A DNA stretch of 64,000 nucleotides from Perkinsela sp. CCAP 1560/9 (lineage: Eukaryota; Protista; Euglenozoa: Kinetoplastea): positions 558,001 to 622,000 of the forward strand of contig CBFFSA010000005.1 in assembly GCA_965644495.1 (NCBI GenBank), read 5' to 3'. Numbering within the stretch: position 1 is the first letter of the stretch; every line of letters starts with the position of its first letter. This document shows positions 43,504 through 51,700 of the stretch, in pieces. Position numbers and translations under genes: made by a program. The notes below the pieces were generated by a model. It was not told the DNA's origin, searched no databases, and saw only the letters and a program-made list of their open reading frames with translations.

Positions 43504-43621
43504 TCCCCCTCTGTATTTGTGAATCTTCAAACCCCCCTAGGTTTGAAAAATAAGTCGTGTGAAAAATAAGGGGGGTTCCTTTTTGATGCAGGGGGGATTA
43601 AATTTATATTCAATAGTACTA

Positions 43622-44594
43622 AACCACCGTCCGGGTTATTATACCTAGGGACACCTATTGTACCTCCTAGGTATAATAAGTGTCCCTAGGGTCCTTATTA
43701 TACCTAGGGACACCTATTGTACCTCCTAGGTATAATAAGTGTCCCTAGGGTCCTTATTATACCTCCCCCCCCCCTACCTTCAGAGGCGGGTGCAGAACTT
43801 ACAGGACAGTAAACTTTGATGTGGGAGGGGACTAAAATTTGTAAAACTTGGCCCATTTTGGAAAGTATCGCATTCGAGAGCACTCGAACAGGGCTCATGA
43901 ACGTGCAGGCACGTAATCTGCGTTTGGATTTTCGAATGCACATAGATCACATTGTTTTTTGGTAGACAAAATCTTGCATTTTATACAATTTTTCTGATCC
44001 CCCCCCTGATTTATGCCACAAAGACGGGATTACGGACGATCGCCCAAACATAAACACTCCGAAAGGGTTAATTCATCTCCTGGACACGTAAAAGCATGCT
44101 GGTGCATGCTCTTTGTTGTCGCAGCAATCTTTTCCACTCACTGCGCGTAAATTTCAATGTTGCGTTTGATGAGGGAAACTTACCAAGAAATCAGATTGAC
44201 ATTGGATGTACTGCAGAAGTGTATGGTTTTGTCTGCCACCATCTGTCACCGTCTGCCACTATCTGTTTGCATTACATCCATTGTCAAGAATTTTGATCAG
44301 TTGGGGTATAGTAACCACGAGAATACATGTATTCGTGGCATTTCATATTCTTTTACCCCTGACCCCCCAGAAAACAATCTTACCCCCCCACTCGCACACG
44401 TTTCCCCAGGCGCGAGAGGGAAACTTACAAATGGATCATAACTTGTTGTGGGCAATGTGAAGAAGAACGCGCCGCGAAGCGGCGCGAAATTTTTTTTATC
44501 CTTTTTGCAAAGCAAAGTTATTATACCTAGGGACACTTATTATACCTAGGGACACTTATTATACCTCCTAGGTATAATAACCCGGACGGTGGTT
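43622..44594. mobile_element. Non-autonomous TIR element (973 bp, TA-flanked) with subterminal tandem repeats
   Basis: TA|AACCACCGTCCGGGTTATTATACCTAGG ... CCTAGGTATAATAACCCGGACGGTGGTT|TA; 59-bp unit twice at 43636-43753; ttattatacctagggacac repeats at the right end. Confidence 0.85.
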
Positions 44595-44953
44595 TACTAT
44601 TATGAGTGTTCAATGCAAGATGGGATTCCATGAAGCACGAGGTTTCGGGCACATGGAACACTGTTGCCCTTAATCTTTACTTTTATGCAACTAATATTCA
44701 ACGCATATTCTTGTAAATTATTGTAAGTTTCATTACTCTTCAAGGATAATACATGTCGGTTTTAAATTGTAGCAAAAACTACCCCATAAAAACAGCCTGA
44801 CTTATACTTTTTAGAAACAAAATGTAAAATCAATTTTTGGTTGATCTTTTCACTAGATGCTAACTACGAAAACATACTATGCTATCTTTGTGGCAGGAAT
44901 TTTAGACAGTTTCTGGTTTTCGGATACGAGCGCTACAGTCTTTGTAACTCGGT

Positions 44954-46924
44954 ATGCCAGTTAGTGAATGCGTCCCTAAAATCAGATCTTGCTCTTCATT
45001 TTGTCCCCTTGGTACCGTTTCACGTAATATGGCACTCCAATCATGGGATAGAGTCATCCGGGAACACGAGGCAAATCTTCGCATGCCCATAAAAAAATCT
45101 TTTTTGGATTGCTCGTCGCTGATTTGCAAGCAATTTGATTTGGAAAAATTACCAACACTTCGGCCTGCATCTATTTCTTCTCCTTCCGCGTCGATCAACT
45201 TTTATTCAATTATTCAGCATGACTTATGTGGGAATTCTACAGGACGATACGATATCAAAGATCACAAGTATTGTGAAATATACCCTGAGCTTAAAATTGT
45301 TCAGTGTAATCGCACATTTTGGCAACTATCAAAATTTCCGCGTGCCAGTTCTAGGCAACAAACGTGCTTTACACGCTCGTTCTTTCGTGCAAATAAACCT
45401 TACCGCTTGGAACAACTCCCGGTTCCTTGGCGTACGGGTGTTCATGCTGCCCGTTTTCCAGCATTGCACAAGGTTTCTATATTCGCTTTTCATGAATATG
45501 CACACAAGTTTGATAGACATTATTCTAGAGGAAAAATAAATCCCGGCTACATGTTTCCAAAAATTATATTATTTTCTTCTCCAGCACCCTCTTTCCAACC
45601 CTCACGTTATCGTACTGTGGCTAGTCTTACGACGCTTCCAATAGTCAATGGCTCAACATTTTTCATGGCTGATATTTTGTGTTCTGCAGTCACCTTTTTT
45701 CATTTACGAAATTTGAGGTGCTTTCTACCGCTCGCTGCAAGAAGAATCTCCTGTACCACTACAGATATTTTATCCAAAGGTCAAAGGTTCTTAAAGCTTT
45801 GGTTAATGAGGGCCTTACATTTTGCGGCTTCCGCACTCTGTTTTCTTTATACCATTTCGTACGCATGTCTGCAAAACTTTCACTCTCAGTTACTTTTGAG
45901 ATTCAGAAGGTTATTAGCGAACATGAGTGTTTTTCTCTATTTTTCAATTTCTGCTGCTGTGGCCTTTCTCTTGCCAGGAAGCACGAAACAACGTGTGGAA
46001 TCAGTGACACATTTTTCTGTCCGTTACGCTGATTTTGTAACCCATTCCATCATACGTACCAAACTCTCTTCCAATGCTACGTTCTACGAAAGTCGAAAAC
46101 AGAGGGAGACTTCATTATTATCAATACCTTCATCCTTAGACGGGCGAAATCAGTTTTCTGTTCCTCACGATTTGCTTTCTATGGAACCCGAATTATGTGC
46201 GGAAACTGAAGCAGTGGGCCCTAACGTCCAATCTAGCAAGCAGGTGCGCGAACTCTTACTCTCTGCGAAAGCACACCAGGGTCATCTTTCACGGACAGGC
46301 TTCAATCTTTTTTTACGCAGAACTTATCCTATATTCTCAGCTGTTTTGGAACCTTCTTCCTCAAAGTTTATTCGATCGCGAAACACATACCAATCCTTGC
46401 CTGACGATGTGAAACAAGAATACTCCACTAGAGTTCAGATGCATCGCAAGAGATATCAACAAGCAAAACGGACTCATCTACCGGGGATCAGTCCCAAAGA
46501 CTTGGTTGCACTTAAGTACGTCCGGATCTCCTCTTTTGCACTTTTTATGAACGCTTTTCGGAAAGCAATAAATAGAAAAGATAAGCATTCGAAAATATCC
46601 TCCACAATCACTCGACTACCTATTGTGACGCAAGAGTGGAGATGTCATGATAGACACGAGCGACGACCTTACGAACAAAAAGTACAAAAGTTACGTCAGA
46701 AAGCCCAAGCAAAAGTAAACGGAATTATGCGACGCCTGCGCCTCACAAAATATCGCAAAGGAAAACGCACAAAGGAAACGCTTCGCCCCTCCACTAAAAC
46801 ATATGCCATCTTATCTTCAAAAAGGGTTTCCAGGCTTTCTCACAACACTAAATCAATGAAAATATTCAAACGTATTGGGACATTATCTCAGTGCGCGTTC
46901 TGTAATATTTTTTTTCTTGATTAA
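44954..46924 (+). CDS. Basic protein with two HMG-box-like motifs in its C-terminal part (true start probably downstream)
   Basis: SRTGFNLFL..YQSLPDDVKQEY and ISSFALFM..EW..ERRPYEQK at about 46290-46720; N-terminal half unrecognisable. Confidence 0.5.
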   Translation: MPVSECVPKIRSCSSFCPLGTVSRNMALQSWDRVIREHEANLRMPIKKSFLDCSSLICKQFDLEKLPTLRPASISSPSASINFYSIIQHDLCGNSTGRYDIKDHKYCEIYPELKIVQCNRTFWQLSKFPRASSRQQTCFTRSFFRANKPYRLEQLPVPWRTGVHAARFPALHKVSIFAFHEYAHKFDRHYSRGKINPGYMFPKIILFSSPAPSFQPSRYRTVASLTTLPIVNGSTFFMADILCSAVTFFHLRNLRCFLPLAARRISCTTTDILSKGQRFLKLWLMRALHFAASALCFLYTISYACLQNFHSQLLLRFRRLLANMSVFLYFSISAAVAFLLPGSTKQRVESVTHFSVRYADFVTHSIIRTKLSSNATFYESRKQRETSLLSIPSSLDGRNQFSVPHDLLSMEPELCAETEAVGPNVQSSKQVRELLLSAKAHQGHLSRTGFNLFLRRTYPIFSAVLEPSSSKFIRSRNTYQSLPDDVKQEYSTRVQMHRKRYQQAKRTHLPGISPKDLVALKYVRISSFALFMNAFRKAINRKDKHSKISSTITRLPIVTQEWRCHDRHERRPYEQKVQKLRQKAQAKVNGIMRRLRLTKYRKGKRTKETLRPSTKTYAILSSKRVSRLSHNTKSMKIFKRIGTLSQCAFCNIFFLD

Positions 46925-47014
46925 TTTTTCGTCTAAAATAGTTTATCTGAAATACTTCTCTTGCCATTCCTCACTTAGCCATTTTTCATTTCCTTTTGTC
47001 TTTTCCAGTCACCC

Positions 47015-48409
47015 ATGCCCCGCAAAAGAACTTCCACAAAAACCAACACCCACTCTGCTCAACGCCTATCCAACCTGCACGCAAACTCTACCCAAGCGAT
47101 GACTACCCCACCCCTGCCCCACCCTCCTACCTGCTCCCGTGCTTCACGTCCTCTTGTCACGTCCTCACCCAACCGCCACCCTGACAATACCACTTCTCCT
47201 TCTTCCCTCCCCCAATGCTCTCTCCCCCACACCTCTACCCCTACCCGTACTAACACATCCACTCCTACCCCTAATATCACCTCTACCAATACCGGTACCA
47301 ACACCTCTACCCCCTTTTCCATCACTATCAACCCCGTTACCCCTTCAGCTACCTGTACTCGTACCAACACACCTACCACTGACCGTACGAACACGTCGAC
47401 CACTACCCCGACCCCTACCACCACGTCTCCCACTACAACTGCCCCTACTAACACTGCTACCCCTTCAGCTACCACTACTCCTATCAACCCCTCTACTACT
47501 ACTCTTACCAACACATCTACCCCTACCTCTACCAACCCCTCTACCACTACTCCTACCCACACATCTACCCCTACCTCTACCAACCCCTCTACCACTACTC
47601 TTACCAACACATCTACCCCTACCTCTACCAACCCCTCTACCACTACTCTTACCAACACATCTACCCCTACCTCTACCAACCCCTCTACCACTACTCTTAC
47701 CAACACATCTACCCCTACCAACCCCTCTACCACTACGCGTACCCACACATCTACCCCTACCAACCCCTCTACCACTACTCGTACCCACACATCTACCACA
47801 ACGCGTACCCACACCTCTACCCCTACCCACCCCTCTACCCCTACCCCTACCCACCCCTCTACCCCTACGCGTACCTCTACCCCCCCTCCCCCTGCCCTCC
47901 CCCCCAACCCCACCACCCGTCACGCCACCCTCCTCCTGCTCTCCCAGCTCCGTGACCTCCAGCGCCACCCCCTCCCCGGCCTCTCCGCCGGTCTCCGGGA
48001 CGACGCCAACCCCTTCCTGTGGGACGTCCTGCTCGTCGGCCCCCACGACACCCCCCACGACGGGGGCCTGTTCCGTGCCACGCTGTCCTTCCCCCGGACC
48101 TACCCGAACGCCCCCCCGACCATGGTCTTCCTCACCCCCATGTGGCACCCCAACATCTACCCCAGCGGGGAGGTCTGCGTGAGTATCCTCCACAGCCCGG
48201 GGGAGGGGGCGTTCGGGTACGAGAGCGCCAAGGAGCGCTGGTCCCCGGTCCACACCGTCGGGAGCATACTGCTCAGTGTGCTGTCGATGCTGGATGCGCC
48301 GAACGGGGAGAGCCCGGCGAATGTGGAGGCCGCGAGGCAGTGGAGGGAGGACCGGAGGGGGTATGAGAGGAAGGTGAGGCAGCTCGCGCGGAGGTCGGTG
48401 GAGGAGTGA
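47015..48409 (+). CDS. UBC7: Ubiquitin-conjugating enzyme E2, Ubc7/UBE2G class, with Thr/Pro-repeat N-terminal extension
   Basis: [46 protein letters not shown]...GYE...[27 protein letters not shown]. Confidence 0.92.
   Translation: MPRKRTSTKTNTHSAQRLSNLHANSTQAMTTPPLPHPPTCSRASRPLVTSSPNRHPDNTTSPSSLPQCSLPHTSTPTRTNTSTPTPNITSTNTGTNTSTPFSITINPVTPSATCTRTNTPTTDRTNTSTTTPTPTTTSPTTTAPTNTATPSATTTPINPSTTTLTNTSTPTSTNPSTTTPTHTSTPTSTNPSTTTLTNTSTPTSTNPSTTTLTNTSTPTSTNPSTTTLTNTSTPTNPSTTTRTHTSTPTNPSTTTRTHTSTTTRTHTSTPTHPSTPTPTHPSTPTRTSTPPPPALPPNPTTRHATLLLLSQLRDLQRHPLPGLSAGLRDDANPFLWDVLLVGPHDTPHDGGLFRATLSFPRTYPNAPPTMVFLTPMWHPNIYPSGEVCVSILHSPGEGAFGYESAKERWSPVHTVGSILLSVLSMLDAPNGESPANVEAARQWREDRRGYERKVRQLARRSVEE
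47480..47880 (+). repeat. Coding minisatellite, 48-bp unit ([16 protein letters not shown]) decaying into shorter units
   Basis: accaacccctctaccactactcttaccaacacatctacccctacctct about 4-5 times, then shortened variants. Confidence 0.9.
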
Positions 48410-48797
48410 GGGTTGGGGGGTAGTGAAAGGGGGTGGATGAAGGGGTTGATTTTCGGGTAATGCATTGGTGAGTTACACATTTACTACATTTGTGAGTGTA
48501 CGGGAATAAGGTTACGGGAATATGGAACTTGCATCGTTTCATTTTTATTCGCTTGATTGATTTTCCTTTGAAACTCTAATCATTAATATTTTGCGTCTGC
48601 ATTCGGCTTAAACAACACATTTTAATGTTTTTTTCTACTTTTAGGCTTTTGGCAACATGACAATATTTGTTCGATAGTTTTATAACTCCATACCTTCGAC
48701 TTTTTAAAGTAATGATTCCTCTGGATATAGAAACTGTTTTTTCCCTCCTTAGAAACTATTTACGCGCTGTAGAGCTCATGACTGATTTTTACTGAAA

Positions 48798-51700
48798 ATG
48801 TTTTGCGAGTGTGAAAAGGGATGGAAATGGGTAGACTCTGATACAACGTTGGAAACACACGGAAAAGACACCCGTTCCATTGTTTATCTCACAAACGAAA
48901 AAGTCACTAGAACGCTTGAAACTCACTACGGCTCTCACTCGCACCCCAAATGTAACCTTTTTCAGTGCCTTCCATCTCGTTCCGATACAACAACCAACAC
49001 AAATGCATCCTCGGATTGCGGCCCCCATTTTTCGACCTCTTCTCTACAAAACGCCCTCCATTCTCTTTTTTCCGACGCCTCATCCTATGTGCTCATCTCG
49101 GACACCAGGGTGGGCGAAATCTGGCAACCTGCCGTAACAGAATCCCTCGAGGCGTATCTTAACGAGTGTTTGGTTTCACCACAATCGGATAAATGCATTA
49201 ACGCTCGCAGCACCTCTCCGATACAAACGTTTTGTATTCCTGCAGGAGAGGGCGCAAAATGTCGACAGGTTCGTGACGCTCTAGAAGACTTTCTGGTGGC
49301 CTCGCGTTGTGACCGACAGTGTGTGTTGGTCGCCCTCGGGGGTGGGGTTGTGGGAGACCTGGTCGGGTTTGTGGCGTCCACGTTTCTTCGTGGCGTGCGC
49401 TGGGTTTATGTCCCAACAAGTTTACTGAGTATGGTTGATAGTTCGGTTGGAGGGAAGACCGCGATTAATAGCGCTGCAGGAAAAAATCTTTTTGGGTCGT
49501 TCTATCCCGCGCACCTGACGTTGGTTTCGATCTCATTTTTGGGGACACTTTCGGTTCGTGAGCTTCGCAACGGATTTGCTGAAGTGGTGAAATCTGCCTT
49601 GCTTTGTGGCAAGACTTCTTTTTTTGATCAAGTTGAGTTATTGGCACCTTCGCTTCGTAGTGCAGAGAGTGCAAGACGTATTCCAGACTCAGTTTGGCAT
49701 GAAATTATTCTCCAAAGTATTTCTCTTAAAATGTTGTTGATTCAAGGTGATCTCACAGAGTCTCAGAACGGGTCTCGCTGTTTGTTAAATTTGGGCCACA
49801 CAGTTGGCCACGCTTTAGAATATACGTACGACCTTCTCCATTCCAGTTACGAGCGCCGAAGCAATGCTAAATTTGGCTGTCTAGGTTCAACTTATACTGA
49901 CACCTCATATTCAGATCAGGTTCCTTCTCCTGATTATTTACTCCACGGCGAAGCAGTGAGTATAGGGCTTGTCGCCGAGGGACGAATCTCACGTAGACTT
50001 GGTATTTTGCAGCCTAGTTTGCTTCAGCGTATGCAGCATGTCTTGACTTCGTGTGGGCTTCCGATCACTTCACCTAGTTCGCTATTTTTTGAGGACCACT
50101 ATGAGGAATTTAGCTTCAGGGAAAAGAAACACGATTCTAACCTGAGTCGCTTTATTTCATTTCTGTATCGTGATAAGAAAAACCAAAATTCTGAAATCAA
50201 GGTAGTTCTTCTCGAACGCCTCGGAATGTGTTGTAAAAGTTCTCCGCGGTACGTCTCTCTTGATTTAATTCTTTGGTCTGTAAACTGCACTGCATGGCAC
50301 GTTGGCATAGGTCAAGACATTATTCCTAAGGAAATACACATCACACCTCCAGGAAGCAAATCGATCAGTAATCGCGCACTGGCTATTGCATTCCTCGGTG
50401 GCACGAAATGTACTCTTCACGGCTTATTGTACAGTGTTGATACTTTATTAATGATTGAGGCTTTGAAAAAACTGAGCCACTTTTTACAGCAGCATTCTAC
50501 CCCGAAATCTGATAAAAAGAACAGCGCAGATTCCGAACAGTGTTCACGCGTCTTCACTTTTCCTTTCCGCTTTCACTCTTTGGATGACACAATTACTGTC
50601 CAAGGACACTCACCTCATGATTGGTCTTTCGATGACTTTAATATGAACGCAATGAGTTCAAGTTCTCTAAATCTCTATGTCGGCAACAGTGGCATCGTGT
50701 CTCGGTTTTTACTCCCCATTTGTTTGTTATATTTCAGTAGCTGGGAGTTGGGCGTTGCTGCTTCTGATGAAGATTACAGAGAAGAGATTTGTTCCAGAGA
50801 TGTGTCTACGACTATTAAATCTTCGAAACATCGCAAAGGGCAAAACAAAAATTACAGCTACACACAAATCACAGGATGTCAACGAATGAATCAATGCCGT
50901 CCTATTTTCCCTTTACTTAAAGTGTTGCACGACTTAGGCGCACGCTTTTCTTGTTTAGAAGACGGTGAATACGATTCATCTTCAACAAACGAACCACTGG
51001 ACGCTAGCCGACTACACTTTCCTTTGCGCATGTATCCCTCATTCGACTTACAACATCGACTGGAGTCCTTACAAAGAACCCTTGACATTGATGTTTCTTT
51101 ATCCTCACAATACCTTTCCTCCCTTCTTATCGTGTCACCTTTTCTGTGCAATCAGCCTCACACCACCCCTTCCCCATCTCCACTTCTGTTGCGCGCCTTT
51201 GGATTCCCAAACAAACTTTCCCACCCTTTACAGCACACTTCCTCCTCCCTTTCCTCTATGAATCTTAATACCCCCGCACAACACTGTACGGACGAACAAC
51301 AGCCCCACACCCCGAGCCCCACACCCCTTCCCCTTCCCCCTCCCCTTCCCTACGTAAACATGACACTCTCTGTGATGCGTGACTTTGGTTTTGACATCAC
51401 CCCCACATGGGACACTCCCACACAAACCCTTTCCTACTCGATTCCCACCCCCAGCGCGTACCACAGCCCCGGGACGTATTTCATCGAGCCCGACGCGACC
51501 AGCGCATCCTACTGGATGGCACTCGCTGTGCTTCACCCCTGTGGCCCCACGGTGGTGATTCCGGGCCTGGGGACAGCGTCCCGCACCCAGGGTGATTTGG
51601 CCTTTGCGACCACCGTGTTGCGCCCCCTCGGGTGTGAGGTGCGTATGGAGGCCAGGAAAGTGGTGGTTTCCTCGAACGGGGGCAACGGTCTGCGGTCGAA

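Larger units (their letters stand above)
47000..48450. other. Skew-switch island 9 (UBC gene)
   Basis: About 1.1 kb C/A-rich arm, switch near 48180, G-rich 48200-48450 continuing past the stop codon. Confidence 0.9.

Noticed and set aside
43636-43764. Palindrome-containing repeats resembling a CRISPR array
   Set aside because: Identical 59-bp tandem units with no unique spacers, no cas genes, eukaryotic context; they are subterminal repeats of a TIR element
194-48366. Many long overlapping Pro-rich or Gly/Val-rich ORFs (e.g. 11802-12992, 12038-13123, 15284-15988, 15571-16293, 47059-47916, 47139-48182)
   Set aside because: Shadow frames: stop codons are rare in the C-rich and G-rich islands, and each overlaps a gene with a recognisable domain
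49000-49460. Further weak C-to-G transitions (also about 14200-14700 and 53200-53750)
   Set aside because: Same polarity as the islands but too weak to call by eye; needs a computed skew profile
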